Source: an archaeon
GTDB taxonomy: Archaea; Iainarchaeota; Iainarchaeia; Iainarchaeales; Iainarchaeaceae
Length of the DNA: 64,000 bases
Direction of reading: 5' to 3'
NCBI GenBank assembly: GCA_035289625.1
Contig: DATDWP010000006.1
Span: forward strand, 14,321-78,320
In this document: positions 36,599 through 46,094 of the stretch, piece by piece
How positions within the stretch are numbered: the first letter of the stretch is position 1
Layout: every line of letters begins with the position of its first letter
The notes under the pieces: generated by a model
Told to the model about the DNA's origin: nothing
Seen by the model: the letters and a program-made list of their open reading frames with translations, nothing else
Database searches by the model: none
Made by a program: the position numbers and the translations under genes

Positions 36599-37162
36599 TT
36601 ATATCACTTTTTTTGCCTTTGATACAATGTATATCCTGTCCTGGAAAATCCTAATGTCCTTACCCTTGACCCGTGTTACTTGTTCAAGGTTTGCAGCGCT
36701 CTGGCCCACATGTTCTTTATTTTGGCCGCGCACAGTGATGTCTTTTCCCTTCACTTCAATTTTTGTATCCCCGATTATTCTTGCCTTTCGCGGATGCTTT
36801 GCGCCGGCAAGGTTGTAAATTTCAACTCTATCGCCTTTTATTGTAACATTTAGCGGAAAGTGGCTATAGACAATTTCAAGCTTGTACTCATATACTGTAG
36901 ATAGGCCCGCTATCAAATTTTTTATGTGCGAAGCCATTGTTTTTGCCTGTGCTAGCACGTTTCTCTTCTGCTTTTTAGCATACACCTCTATTTCCGAATC
37001 CGTTTTTTTAAGGTACACATCAGAGTCCCTAAATGGCCGCACGTTCTTTTTACCGGATCCGCTGACAATTATTTCTGTGGGGGTAATTTGCACATCCACT
37101 CCTTGTGGTATCTTGATTTTTTCAACCGGCTGCATTTCAATCACACTAATAAACATAGGCAA
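36599..37162 (-). CDS. rpl6: ribosomal protein L6 (uL6)
   Basis: Two L6 alpha/beta repeats (VQITPTEIIVSG...). Confidence 0.85.
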   Translation of the reverse strand: MPMFISVIEMQPVEKIKIPQGVDVQITPTEIIVSGSGKKNVRPFRDSDVYLKKTDSEIEVYAKKQKRNVLAQAKTMASHIKNLIAGLSTVYEYKLEIVYSHFPLNVTIKGDRVEIYNLAGAKHPRKARIIGDTKIEVKGKDITVRGQNKEHVGQSAANLEQVTRVKGKDIRIFQDRIYIVSKAKKVI

Positions 37163-37544
37163 GTAGCCTTCCCCCGGTATTTTTCTCTTTTGCTCCCCGG
37201 TGCGTTAAGACACCTTGCGGAGTTGTAACTATTATTGTTCCAATATCATACGATGGTAAATATTTTTTCTCGAATTTTTCAAATTCATCCTTTTTTACGG
37301 CATAGCGTGGTTTTATTGCCCTGCATTCATTTATCCTTCCAACGAGCTTGACTTTGAAAAACCCATCCCTTCCATCCTCTACAAATTCAAATGAACCAAT
37401 ATAGCCGCCCTCTTGCATTATCTTGAATATTTCCTTGAGCAGTCTGGAAGCTGGCCTTATTGTGCACTCCCTTTTTGATGCTGCCTCATTGTTCTTGAGG
37501 TTTGTCAGTGCGTCTGCAATCGGATCTGTTCGGCTCATATCCAT
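37146..37544 (-). CDS. rps8: ribosomal protein S8 (uS8)
   Basis: DPIADALTNLKNNEAASKREC...GYIGSFEFVEDGR matches S8. The ATG at 37544 is used. Confidence 0.85.
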   Translation of the reverse strand: MDMSRTDPIADALTNLKNNEAASKRECTIRPASRLLKEIFKIMQEGGYIGSFEFVEDGRDGFFKVKLVGRINECRAIKPRYAVKKDEFEKFEKKYLPSYDIGTIIVTTPQGVLTHRGAKEKNTGGRLLAYVY

Positions 37545-37550
37545 CAACTC

Positions 37551-37709
37551 CTAATCATACTTCCTAAAGCCCATTTTCTGCGCGTTGTCCTTGAAACATC
37601 TTCTGCAAATGTGCATGTTGTATCTTTTCATTACTCCTTTATGGGTTTTGCACATGTTGCAAATGCTTGGTTTTATTTTCCATCCCTTGTCCACTTTTTG
37701 CTCGCTCAT
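37551..37709 (-). CDS. rps14: ribosomal protein S14 type Z (uS14, zinc-binding); not in ORF track (52 aa)
   Basis: The minus strand encodes MSEQKVDKGWKIKPSICNMCKTHKGVMKRYNMHICRRCFKDNAQKMGFRKYD with CxxC...CxxC. Its ATG overlaps the L5 stop in an ATGA overlap. Confidence 0.75.
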   Translation of the reverse strand: MSEQKVDKGWKIKPSICNMCKTHKGVMKRYNMHICRRCFKDNAQKMGFRKYD

Positions 37710-38218
37710 ATAACTTCAACCCCGAATTTTTCGCGCACAAAATCAACTGCTTCATCTACTTTTATCAAATGCTTTTGTGAAACCCTCGATTTCCCCATCT
37801 TCCTCTTCTTCACCCTAAATCCGGGCCTCTCAAGTGTTACAAGTACATCAAACCCTCTAATGCCAAGTTTTGGGTCGTATTTAATTTTCGGCAAATCAAT
37901 ATACTCTTTTATGCCAAACCCAAAGTTCCCGAATTTATCAAAGCTCTTCTTGTTCACTTTATTGTCCTTTGCAAAAAGGGCATCTTTCAAAAATTTATCC
38001 GCCTTTTCGCCGCGCAATGTAACCTTTGTCCCGATTGTTAACCCTTCCCTTATTCCCCAAGTCGGCTGCTTTATTTTGCACGCAGTAAGAATAGGTTTTG
38101 CACCGGTTATTTTTTCAAGTATCTGGGCAGCCCTATCAAGCTCTTCCCCGGTCTTTCCGACTCCCATATTGACCGTTACTTTTGAAACCTTTATTTTTCT
38201 CATCGCGTTTTGATCCAT
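37706..38218 (-). CDS. rpl5: ribosomal protein L5 (uL5)
   Basis: KVTVNMGVGKTGEELDRAAQILEKITGAKPILT matches L5. Confidence 0.9.
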   Translation of the reverse strand: MDQNAMRKIKVSKVTVNMGVGKTGEELDRAAQILEKITGAKPILTACKIKQPTWGIREGLTIGTKVTLRGEKADKFLKDALFAKDNKVNKKSFDKFGNFGFGIKEYIDLPKIKYDPKLGIRGFDVLVTLERPGFRVKKRKMGKSRVSQKHLIKVDEAVDFVREKFGVEVI

Positions 38219-38227
38219 AAATTCACC

Positions 38228-38953
38228 TTATGTTAGTGCCTCTATTTCGCTTTTTGCCTTTCCAATAACAAATACATTGTCAATTACTGTTTGGAACTTA
38301 TTGCCCTTGTCTGAAAATTCCACAACCGTGTGGGTTTTAAGGGAGCCGTGTATTATCCCTTCAATTTTGACTGTTTTTCCAGTGTGCACTCCGCCCATAA
38401 TGAACGCGCTGCTACCCTTATCCATTCCATACACTTCAAGTATTTTGTGGTCCGGTAGTGAGATTTTCACCGAATCCTCAACACCGACATCCTCTTTTTT
38501 GAGTTCAATATTATACCCATCGCCGGTAGTGATCCAAATCTTGCCGCCAGCGCCAACCCTTTTTCCGGTGACTTTTGAAATTTTAAAATCCGGTGATTTT
38601 GAATCAATTTTTTTTGCAACAAGCCTGCCTTTACTGTCAAAGAGCATCCTGTATTTTTGTGCGATCGGCAAAACTTCCACTATATCAAATAATCCTACTG
38701 CAAACTCTCTTCCCTTGCGCGCTTTTCCGTTCACTTTTATATGGCCCTCGTGCAGAAGCTTTTTTGTCTCCTTCATGTCTCTTGAAATTTCAAGTAAATG
38801 CCTCATTGCAAATGAGAGCGGAACACTGTTTGTTTTGTTGTGTGCCCCCGGCTTATTTTTTGGAGTGAAAGTTTCCTGCTTTTTTGGGAAAAATCCCCTC
38901 ACTGTCGGGGCTGAAATACTCTTTTGTATTTTTCTCTCTCCTCTATTTGCCAT
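38228..38953 (-). CDS. rps4e: ribosomal protein S4e (eS4)
   Basis: S4 domain plus KOW, 241 aa. Confidence 0.85.
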   Translation of the reverse strand: MANRGERKIQKSISAPTVRGFFPKKQETFTPKNKPGAHNKTNSVPLSFAMRHLLEISRDMKETKKLLHEGHIKVNGKARKGREFAVGLFDIVEVLPIAQKYRMLFDSKGRLVAKKIDSKSPDFKISKVTGKRVGAGGKIWITTGDGYNIELKKEDVGVEDSVKISLPDHKILEVYGMDKGSSAFIMGGVHTGKTVKIEGIIHGSLKTHTVVEFSDKGNKFQTVIDNVFVIGKAKSEIEALT

Positions 38954-39347
38954 TTTGTTTCACCGCCTTTTCCGATTTTTTACCTTTCTTTTTCAATCTG
39001 CGTGAGTCCTTTTCATCAAGTGCTACTATCAGCAATTTACTTGGGCGAAGAGGGATAAACCTCTCAGTGCCGTTGCTTTTCTTTGCAATAATCCCTTCAA
39101 CTAAAACCATTCTCTTATTTCTCAAAACCTGTGTAACTTTGCCGCCCTTTCCAATTACTTTTGAATCTCCCCTCATAACTTTTACAGTATCGCCCTTTCG
39201 AACTTCAATGCTTCTTTTGCCAAGCTCGCTTCTTAGTTCTTTACTAAGATGTGCCGAAAAGTCCTTGTACGAAATGTGCAGAGGCTTATCATATCTCCAC
39301 TTCCTCTGCCTTCTTGGCTTTGAACTTGTAACTTCTCTCATAACCAT
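38943..39347 (-). CDS. rpl24: ribosomal protein L24 (uL24)
   Basis: KOW motif (VRKGDTVKVMRGDSKVIGKGGKV). Confidence 0.85.
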   Translation of the reverse strand: MVMREVTSSKPRRQRKWRYDKPLHISYKDFSAHLSKELRSELGKRSIEVRKGDTVKVMRGDSKVIGKGGKVTQVLRNKRMVLVEGIIAKKSNGTERFIPLRPSKLLIVALDEKDSRRLKKKGKKSEKAVKQNGK

Positions 39348-39746
39348 TTACACAACACCTGCGCTAATCCCTGCAATTTTTGGAAACCTCTCCCCAACTT
39401 CTTTTGCAACAACCCCTTTGACTTCAGAGCCTTTTGGAAGCCCTTTTTCATCTACAAGGACAACTGCATTGTCTTCAAATTTTATGCGCGTGCCATCCGG
39501 CCTTTTGTATTCCTTTCTTACTCGGACAACAACTGCCTTCTCGACCTTTTTCCTAATTTCCGGCTTTCCTTTCTTTACAACCACATTGACCATATCGGCA
39601 ATGCCGCCCTTTGGCATTCCCTTCCTTCTTCCCTTGTACTTATACACTGTGATTATTTTCACTTCTTTTGCCCCGGAGTTGTCTGTGCAAAAACATATAG
39701 TCCCGTGCGTTAGGCCCCTTACAATGGAAGCGTTTATTGCCTTCAT
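39348..39746 (-). CDS. rpl14: ribosomal protein L14 (uL14)
   Basis: [15 protein letters not shown]...[15 protein letters not shown] matches L14. Confidence 0.9.
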   Translation of the reverse strand: MKAINASIVRGLTHGTICFCTDNSGAKEVKIITVYKYKGRRKGMPKGGIADMVNVVVKKGKPEIRKKVEKAVVVRVRKEYKRPDGTRIKFEDNAVVLVDEKGLPKGSEVKGVVAKEVGERFPKIAGISAGVV

Positions 39747-40087
39747 AGCGTTGCCCTCTTTACAATTTCAATTACAACAAAGCTTTTGGTCCTGCTAAGT
39801 TTTCTTGTCTCCCCAATTGTTACAATATCGCCTTCCTTTGCGCCGATACTGTCCGGGTTATGGGCCTTTACTTTGGATTTTGTTTTTTTATACCTCTCAT
39901 ATTTTGGCACATATTTTGTAATTATCCTCTCAACTGTCACTGTTTTTGGCGCCTTTGCGCTAACAACTAGCCCGGTTAAAACAGAACCGCGCACGCTAAG
40001 ATTTCGATTTTCCTCAACAACAACTATTGGCTTTTGAGATGTTGCGTGGTGTTCCTTTACGCTCTTGTTCTTTTCTTGGTGTTCCAT
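39743..40087 (-). CDS. rps17: ribosomal protein S17 (uS17)
   Basis: [16 protein letters not shown]...[31 protein letters not shown] matches S17. Confidence 0.85.
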   Translation of the reverse strand: MEHQEKNKSVKEHHATSQKPIVVVEENRNLSVRGSVLTGLVVSAKAPKTVTVERIITKYVPKYERYKKTKSKVKAHNPDSIGAKEGDIVTIGETRKLSRTKSFVVIEIVKRATL

Positions 40088-40381
40088 TCAATTACCCCTT
40101 TGTAATTTTACCCTCTGCTCCGGGCGGTATGCTATTTTTTTTCCATCCACTTTTGCAGTTTCATTTCCTATTATAAATTCAAATTCACATTCCTCTTTTG
40201 GCACCCACTTCTCTTCTGCGCCAACTTCCAAAACCAAAACATTGCGTGTCTCATCAATAACCCTTCCAACTATTCCTCTGCGTGAATGATCCGAGCTTTT
40301 TGTAACTTTTGCAACTAGCCCTATTAACTCGTGGAAAATAATATTTTCCTGCGTAATGCAATAGTTTTCCCCTTTAAGCAT
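40088..40381 (-). CDS. rnp1: RNase P protein component 1 (Rpp29/Pop4)
   Basis: ELIGLVAKVTKSSDHSRRGIVGRVIDETRNVLVL Sm-like fold pattern, in its conserved position between S17 and SUI1/L29. Confidence 0.7.
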   Translation of the reverse strand: MLKGENYCITQENIIFHELIGLVAKVTKSSDHSRRGIVGRVIDETRNVLVLEVGAEEKWVPKEECEFEFIIGNETAKVDGKKIAYRPEQRVKLQRGN

Positions 40382-40679
40382 CGATCAATTCCTCCTTGTA
40401 CCCATCTTTTAACAAAATTTCCTTTACTGCACGCGCATGCTTTCCTTGGAGCACAATTTCTTTTCCTTTTGTTGTGCCGCCGCATGCGAGTTTTCTTTTC
40501 ATTTCCTTTTCAAGCCGTTTTGCCTCGGATTCTTCTTCAAATCCGCTGACAAGAGTTACGATTTTTCCAAACCTTCTTGAAACAGTCCTCACTTTTATTT
40601 TCTGCTGCTCTTTGGTGATGTCACCAAATTCCAAGAGGTCTTTTGGAAGACCCGTAATCTTATCTATTTCAGGCGCCAC
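40374..40679 (-). CDS. sui1: translation initiation factor SUI1 (aIF1)
   Basis: KIKVRTVSRRFGKIVTLVSGFEE...KLACGGTTKGKEIVLQGKH matches SUI1. Confidence 0.8.
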   Translation of the reverse strand: MAPEIDKITGLPKDLLEFGDITKEQQKIKVRTVSRRFGKIVTLVSGFEEESEAKRLEKEMKRKLACGGTTKGKEIVLQGKHARAVKEILLKDGYKEELIDA

Positions 40680-40901
40680 CTACTTGCTCACCCCGCTAGT
40701 TTGACTATTTTTCTCATTAATTATTGTAAGAAGCCTTGCAATCTGTCTTCTGGCATTTCTGATCTTTGAAGGCTTTTCTGCCCGTGTCCCGGATGAGATT
40801 GACGCCCTCTCTTTTGATAGTTCGGTTTTGAGAGTTAATATTTTCACTTCAAGCTCTTTTACCGAATTGTCCCTTAGCGGATTTAGTTTTTTCCTACCCA
40901 T
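40680..40901 (-). CDS. rpl29: ribosomal protein L29 (uL29)
   Basis: KELEVKILTLKTELSKERASISSGTRAEKPSKIRNARRQIARLLT matches L29. Confidence 0.8.
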   Translation of the reverse strand: MGRKKLNPLRDNSVKELEVKILTLKTELSKERASISSGTRAEKPSKIRNARRQIARLLTIINEKNSQTSGVSK

Positions 40902-40905
40902 AAAT

Positions 40906-41859
40906 TCAAACCTTCTTCTCCTCTACTTTTGTTTCTGCTTTTCCCTCAACTTTGTGAGTGTGCTTTTTTTCTTCAGGTTTTGCATCCATTTTGTGCTCAA
41001 CATGCTTTGCTTCACTATCAGCTGTTTTTGCTTTGTGCTCCTTGTGAGGTTTTGCGTCTTTATGTGCTTTTTGGGGCGCTACTTTTTCTTTACCCTCTTC
41101 TTTTGGTTCTGCGCTTTTCTCAATTTTTTGCTCTTCTTTTTGCCCATCTACTTGCACTGTTTTCTCTTCTACTTTTTCACTCTTTTGCGCTTCTTCTTGG
41201 GCTTTTTGGGAAGCAAGGGCTGCATCTTGCAATGTTGCCTTGAGTGCCGCTTCCCTTTTTTGTATATACGGGCCAACTTTTTCCTTATCGGGAAAAATGG
41301 TTTCCGGTCTTACAATCTTTACCTTTATTCCAATTGCCCCAACTTTTGGGTACGCAGGAGCGTGGCCATAATCTACAAGCTTTGCCTGTTCACCGACCTT
41401 TTTCATATAACCTGCGGCAACCCTTACCCTTCTCTTCCTTCCGCCCTTTCCTGCAAGTTTTCCGGAAACAACTATTTCAACTCCCTGAGCGCCTGCATTT
41501 TGTATGTCTGCTAGGCCTTTGAACACAACACTTCTCCACGAAAACCCTTTCTCTATCAGCGCCTTGAACTTGTTTGCAACAGCTTGCGCGTCAAGTTCTG
41601 GCCTTACTATTTCTCTTATTTCAAGCTGGGGATTATCAATACCAAATTTCTTTCCGATTGTGTCTGTTAGAAGGGCTATATTGCTTCCGCTCTTTCCGAT
41701 TGCAAGCCCCGGCCTTGTAACATTTACAACAATTCTTGTAACGAGCGGGGTTTTCATTATTTCCGATTTTGTAAACCCTGCCTTGTCCAGTTCTTTTGCT
41801 AGGTAATTATCAAGTTCGACCTTGCTAAGGCCCTGTTTTATGAACACTTTCTCAATCAT
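40906..41859 (-). CDS. rps3: ribosomal protein S3 (uS3) with His/Lys/Glu-rich C-terminal tail
   Basis: KH domain (VNVTRPGLAIGKSGSNI) plus the S3 C-terminal domain. The tail is about 110 aa (KAHKDAKPHKEHKAKTADSEAKHVEHKMDAKPEEKKHTHK...). Confidence 0.9.
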   Translation of the reverse strand: MIEKVFIKQGLSKVELDNYLAKELDKAGFTKSEIMKTPLVTRIVVNVTRPGLAIGKSGSNIALLTDTIGKKFGIDNPQLEIREIVRPELDAQAVANKFKALIEKGFSWRSVVFKGLADIQNAGAQGVEIVVSGKLAGKGGRKRRVRVAAGYMKKVGEQAKLVDYGHAPAYPKVGAIGIKVKIVRPETIFPDKEKVGPYIQKREAALKATLQDAALASQKAQEEAQKSEKVEEKTVQVDGQKEEQKIEKSAEPKEEGKEKVAPQKAHKDAKPHKEHKAKTADSEAKHVEHKMDAKPEEKKHTHKVEGKAETKVEEKKV

Positions 41860-42330
41860 TTACGCCACTTCCCTTACTATTATTTCCAGGTGTGCAGATT
41901 TTGATTTCCTTCTCTTCCCTGAAATTCTTCCTTGTGATTGATATGAATTTCTTGCAAACCCTTGCGAGGCGAACATGTGCTGGATCAAAAGGTTCTCAGA
42001 ATCAAGTCCCTTATAATCTGCATTTGACCTTGCAGCTTCCAAAAGTTCAATAAATGCCTTCACGCAGCGTGTTGGGTATCTTCCGCTTTTACTAAACCCT
42101 TTCGCATCGCCTTTTTTGTGCCCGACTTTTTTATTATACATTCTAAGCGGCAAAAATTCTTCCTTGCGTAATATCCTATTTAGGAATGCAAGCGCGCTAT
42201 CTAACCTCTTTCCCTTTATGTTGGAAATAATTTCGAGGCTATATTTTAGCGAAACCGGGCGGTTTGTCATCATTGCCCTAGCAGTACTTTTTTGGTGCTG
42301 CACTTGCATTTGATAGTTTTTCTTAACCAC
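41860..42330 (-). CDS. rpl22: ribosomal protein L22 (uL22)
   Basis: ARAMMTNRPVSLKYSLEIISNIKGKRLDSALAFL matches L22. It has a GTG start. Confidence 0.85.
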   Translation of the reverse strand: MVKKNYQMQVQHQKSTARAMMTNRPVSLKYSLEIISNIKGKRLDSALAFLNRILRKEEFLPLRMYNKKVGHKKGDAKGFSKSGRYPTRCVKAFIELLEAARSNADYKGLDSENLLIQHMFASQGFARNSYQSQGRISGKRRKSKSAHLEIIVREVA

Positions 42331-42456
42331 GACGGAAACCTCCGTCGACGAGGTGCCCTATCTTTGCCTTGTGGCTCGATAGGCCCTGCAAGCCTTCAGA
42401 GGCTTGCCACTGTAAATTGAAAACTGGTTTTGTGTTAAGGTTTTTCATTTTCATCA
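42331..42456 (-). promoter_or_regulatory. family-1 conserved intergenic element, copy C (S19-L22 spacer)
   Basis: GCAAGCCucugaaGGCUUGC hairpin, CCUAUCgagccacaaggcaaaGAUAGG hairpin, then CACCUCGUCGACGGAGGUUUCCGUCGUG (GTG start of L22). Confidence 0.5.
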
Positions 42457-42879
42457 TTATCCTCTTGCCGTGATTGCAGTAGAGCTCTTTGTTGCCCCTA
42501 TCCCTGCCTTTCCGTGCACTAGTTTCTTTCTTGTAAGTACATATTCTCCAAGATAGTTGCCAATCATTTTTTCCTTAATTTCAACATTGACAAATTCCTT
42601 TCCATTATAAACTGCAACTGTAATTCCGACCATTTCCGGAAGAACTATTGTATCGCGGTTGTGTGTTTTTACCGGCTTTGCGAACTTCCCGCTCTTTGTA
42701 ACTTCTTGGGCCTTTTTGACTTTTTTTAAGAATTTTTTTAACTCTTGTGAACTTTTCTTAATTGTCCTTCTTGCCCTTGAAGTGCACAGCTTTGAAAATT
42801 CCTCAATGCTAAGTTTTGTGAGTTCTTCTAAACTCTTCCCACGAAAACTAAATTCCCTTCTACCGGTAACAACTGCCAT
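42457..42879 (-). CDS. rps19: ribosomal protein S19 (uS19)
   Basis: MAVVTGRREFSFRGKSLEEL N-terminus and GKEFVNVEIKEKMIGNYLGEY. The ATG at 42879 is preferred (GAAGGTG SD upstream); the ORF track uses GTG 42888. Confidence 0.85.
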   Translation of the reverse strand: MAVVTGRREFSFRGKSLEELTKLSIEEFSKLCTSRARRTIKKSSQELKKFLKKVKKAQEVTKSGKFAKPVKTHNRDTIVLPEMVGITVAVYNGKEFVNVEIKEKMIGNYLGEYVLTRKKLVHGKAGIGATKSSTAITARG

Positions 42880-42888
42880 TCCATACAC

Positions 42889-43014
42889 CTTCTCAAAATA
42901 CTCAGTTCTTCTTCCTCACAACGATTGCGACCGTCGGGCCCGCGTAGTGTCTTCGCTTCTAGCTCGACACAACTGGCTCGCTACGCTCGCATTTCCATTC
43001 TCCATTAAACGCTC
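42889..43014 (-). promoter_or_regulatory. family-1 conserved intergenic element, copy D (L2-S19 spacer)
   Basis: AUGCGAGCGUAGCGAGCCAGUU 5' box followed by the GUGUCgagcuagaagcgaaGACAC hairpin, mirroring copy A. Confidence 0.45.
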
Positions 43015-43737
43015 CTAATTCTTCTTTCTCCTTCCTGTTCTACTAGATGCAATGTCACCAACTTTTCTACCAGGCGCTGCGTGCCTTGAAGTTGATTTAG
43101 ATTTTCCCGGATGGTGGTTAGCTCCGCCAAATGGATGGTTTAGAGCATTCATTGCAATTGCCCTCGGATATGGGTATTTTTTATGTTTGCCCTTCATTGC
43201 AAAATACCTTTTTCCGGCTTTTACATACGGCTTATCTTTTCTTCCGCCGCCGCTTGCAATCCCTATTGTTGCCCTATTTTGCGGCCTTAAACTAATTATA
43301 ACTCCGGAAGGCATTTTCACATAAACACTCTTTGCATCCTTTGTCATGATGAGCCCATACATTCCGGAACTGCGAACAAGGCTTCCGCCATCGCCTTCAA
43401 ATTTTTCAATATTAAATATCGGGCAGCCTTCAGGGCAGCTTCCAAGTGTTTTTACATTTCCAATTTCAAGTGTTGCCCCCTCTCCGTGCTCAATTACTTT
43501 TCCAACAAACATCCCTTCTGCTGCAATCACATACTCGCTCTTGCCGCTCTCATAAACAACTTGTGCCAAAACGCTGCTGCGGCCCGGATCATTTAAAAGT
43601 TCTATAATTTCTCCCCTTTGCACTCCTGCTTCGATTTCAGAATAATTGATATATTTTGCGTCCGCTACCCCGTTCATTGTAGCCGCGTAGATTGGGCTTC
43701 CTGCCCCTCTTCTTTGTGTTTTTAGTCGCTTACCCAT
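43015..43737 (-). CDS. rpl2: ribosomal protein L2 (uL2)
   Basis: L2 N- and C-terminal domains (GRKDKPYVKAGKRYF...HPFGGANHHPGKSKSTSRHAAPGRKVG). Confidence 0.9.
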   Translation of the reverse strand: MGKRLKTQRRGAGSPIYAATMNGVADAKYINYSEIEAGVQRGEIIELLNDPGRSSVLAQVVYESGKSEYVIAAEGMFVGKVIEHGEGATLEIGNVKTLGSCPEGCPIFNIEKFEGDGGSLVRSSGMYGLIMTKDAKSVYVKMPSGVIISLRPQNRATIGIASGGGRKDKPYVKAGKRYFAMKGKHKKYPYPRAIAMNALNHPFGGANHHPGKSKSTSRHAAPGRKVGDIASSRTGRRKKN

Positions 43738-43740
43738 AAA

Positions 43741-44163
43741 CTATATCACGCCCATTTTGGTCGCTACATCGCCGGCTTTAAATGATTTATCAAGTGTAAC
43801 AATTGCCCTCTTTCTTGCCTTCATATCGCGCACAATATTTACCTTCTTCACTTTTACTTTATAGAGAGATTCGACTGCCTTTCGCACTAGAGGTTTTGTT
43901 GCATTGCCGTTTACAATAAATGAAATCTTGTTTTCAGCTTCGATCATATTCACTGCCTTTTCTGTTACAAGCGGGTGCTTTAAAATCTCCAAATCAACAA
44001 GTGATTCCTCTACGTCAACTTTTTCATCCGTAGCTCCCTTTACTTGTTTTGCTTTGTGCTGCACATTCGCATGTTTCACATTATGTGCCTGCGCTTTTTT
44101 CGGAGCGCTTTTTGCAGCTGTCTTGCGCGTTTTTGCTTTTTTACTTGTCGCCATTTTTCTCAA
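43741..44163 (-). CDS. rpl23: ribosomal protein L23 (uL23) with Lys/Ala-rich N-terminal extension
   Basis: KHPLVTEKAVNMIEAENKISFIVNGNATKPLVRKAVESLYKV matches L23. Confidence 0.8.
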   Translation of the reverse strand: MRKMATSKKAKTRKTAAKSAPKKAQAHNVKHANVQHKAKQVKGATDEKVDVEESLVDLEILKHPLVTEKAVNMIEAENKISFIVNGNATKPLVRKAVESLYKVKVKKVNIVRDMKARKRAIVTLDKSFKAGDVATKMGVI

Positions 44164-44166
44164 CCT

Positions 44167-45063
44167 TTATGCTTTTACCGCTTTTTTAGCAGAAACTTTT
44201 GCTACAACTTCCTCTTGCACTCTTTCTTTTCTTGCCGAGTGCTCTTTTACATTTTCATTTCTTGGTTTTGCAAGTTCTTTTATTGCTTTTTCGCTCCACA
44301 CTGTAAGCCTTCCCGGTGTTGCTCCCGGGGCTAGCACATTTGCATTCAAACCTGAAACATTTACAACATCAACGCCTTCGATATTTCTAGCAGCCCTTGA
44401 TATCATTTCATTTTTTGCAGCAACTATTAGTATGCTCTTTCTTGCCTTGTGCACCCTCCCCCTCTTCTTTCCTTTTCCTGCCCTAATTGTCCTATTCCCC
44501 TTTGCCTTTTGCACATCGGAGAGGATCCCGATTTTATCAAATGCCAAAACAACATCTTTTGTTTTAGCAATATTTTCAAATGCCCCTTCAACTATTATTG
44601 GGAAAGAAATTTTATCAGAAAAGCTATGGCCCCTTGCCCTTACAATCTCTACTTTTGCAGTTGCCGCAATTGCCGATTCAGTTGCTTTTTTCTTCTCCTT
44701 TTTATTTATTTTTTCTGCCCATATTTTATTTGCTTTTGGAGGGTGCGCTTTTGGCCCCCCTACAACTCCGGGGATCCCTGCAACTTGACCAGCTAATAGC
44801 CCCCTTCTATTTTTGAGGCGAGGCTTTCGCGCATGGCCAACATTAATTGTGCGATACATTGTTGGCTTTCCTCGCGAGCCAACATAAAGGGCGGTATTAT
44901 ACCTTCCAGCATGCGGAGTTGGATAGTGCGTTTGCACTCCTGCCATTTGGATTGATTGCACTGCCCTTCTGATAAGCCCTTCATCAACGCTTGAATTAAA
45001 TTGCTCTGGAAGTTCAATATCGGAGAGCTTTTTGCCATCCAGTGAAATAACGCTCCCCTTCAT
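44167..45063 (-). CDS. rpl4: ribosomal protein L4 (uL4)
   Basis: L4/L1e family core with a Lys-rich C-terminal extension. Confidence 0.85.
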   Translation of the reverse strand: MKGSVISLDGKKLSDIELPEQFNSSVDEGLIRRAVQSIQMAGVQTHYPTPHAGRYNTALYVGSRGKPTMYRTINVGHARKPRLKNRRGLLAGQVAGIPGVVGGPKAHPPKANKIWAEKINKKEKKKATESAIAATAKVEIVRARGHSFSDKISFPIIVEGAFENIAKTKDVVLAFDKIGILSDVQKAKGNRTIRAGKGKKRGRVHKARKSILIVAAKNEMISRAARNIEGVDVVNVSGLNANVLAPGATPGRLTVWSEKAIKELAKPRNENVKEHSARKERVQEEVVAKVSAKKAVKA

Positions 45064-46094
45064 GCCTTGGCCCCCGTTTGAGGTATTTGCAAATCAGTAA
45101 ATTTTGACATGTTCGGGTCTTGCAATCTTGTCGGCACTCGCAGCCCTACAATTCTTTTAGCCGGCCCCGGGACCGAACCTGTAATAATAATGTATTCGTT
45201 TTTTACCATTCCATAATTATTGAATCCTTTTGATGGGTTTATTGCAGCAACATCACTTTGGACAAATAGCACCCTCTTATTGTACTCTGTCCTTGTCTGG
45301 TATCCTAGTTGCCCTGCGCGCGGAACTGTCCACATCACAGTTGCCGGGTGCCAGGGTCCAATTGAACCGACATATCTGTGCTTTTTTGCCTTTGGTCTAT
45401 GGACTCTAACATTAAATCTTTTTACAACCCCGGTAAAGCCCTTGCCTTTATCAACGCCTTTTACATCAACAAATTGCTGTGGCGAAAAAACTTCCGAAAC
45501 CTTTACATCTTTTCCGAATTTTTCTTTAGCAAAACCAAATTGCTGCTCAATAGTGCCTGTTAGGGTAAGTTCGGTAATATCTGCTTTCTTTTTTCCAATT
45601 CCAGTAAGTCCTGGTTGGACCTGCACAACCAAAACAACATTTTCTGCGCGGTTTTTCATTTTTTCTAAATCTTCAATAGTTTGGTAATGGCTAGCTTGCT
45701 CATCCTTTCCTGCTGCTTTTGATTTCTTCTTGCCCTTCTTTTTGAATGCCTTTATTCTAGATCGCAGGTTCTTATCCGGTTTATCAGTGCTAATTTCCCC
45801 CAAAACCTTCGATCCATAAGGTGTGTGGGTATAGACCCTTACCCCTATCACTTTTACGGGTGGGCACTCAATTACGGTTGCCGGTATCATTGATAATTGG
45901 CCATAAGAAACGCTCTTTTCATGGGCGTTCTTTCCAAAAACATGCATCATCCCAGCTTTATACCCGTAGAAATTGAGCACTTTTGCTTCCTTTGATTCAA
46001 CCTGCGGAAAAGTGGAAAATGCGGCCCTTGGGCTCTTTGCCCTTACACGAGGGTAGTATGCTAACGAACCTGACCGTGGTTTATGCGCGCCCAT
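45060..46094 (-). CDS. rpl3: ribosomal protein L3 (uL3)
   Basis: MGAHKPRSGSLAYYPRVRA N-terminus and the L3 core, 344 aa. Confidence 0.9.
   Translation of the reverse strand: MGAHKPRSGSLAYYPRVRAKSPRAAFSTFPQVESKEAKVLNFYGYKAGMMHVFGKNAHEKSVSYGQLSMIPATVIECPPVKVIGVRVYTHTPYGSKVLGEISTDKPDKNLRSRIKAFKKKGKKKSKAAGKDEQASHYQTIEDLEKMKNRAENVVLVVQVQPGLTGIGKKKADITELTLTGTIEQQFGFAKEKFGKDVKVSEVFSPQQFVDVKGVDKGKGFTGVVKRFNVRVHRPKAKKHRYVGSIGPWHPATVMWTVPRAGQLGYQTRTEYNKRVLFVQSDVAAINPSKGFNNYGMVKNEYIIITGSVPGPAKRIVGLRVPTRLQDPNMSKFTDLQIPQTGAKA

Noticed and set aside
40828-41514. Long plus-strand ORFs antisense to ribosomal protein genes (e.g. 40828..41514, 43904..44788, 38884..39798, 36099..36818, 37611..38213, 2725..3486)
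   Set aside because: They sit opposite strongly supported minus-strand r-protein/chaperone genes and translate to low-complexity F/L/S-rich peptides. This is the expected result of antisense reading of Lys/Glu-rich AT-rich coding sequence.
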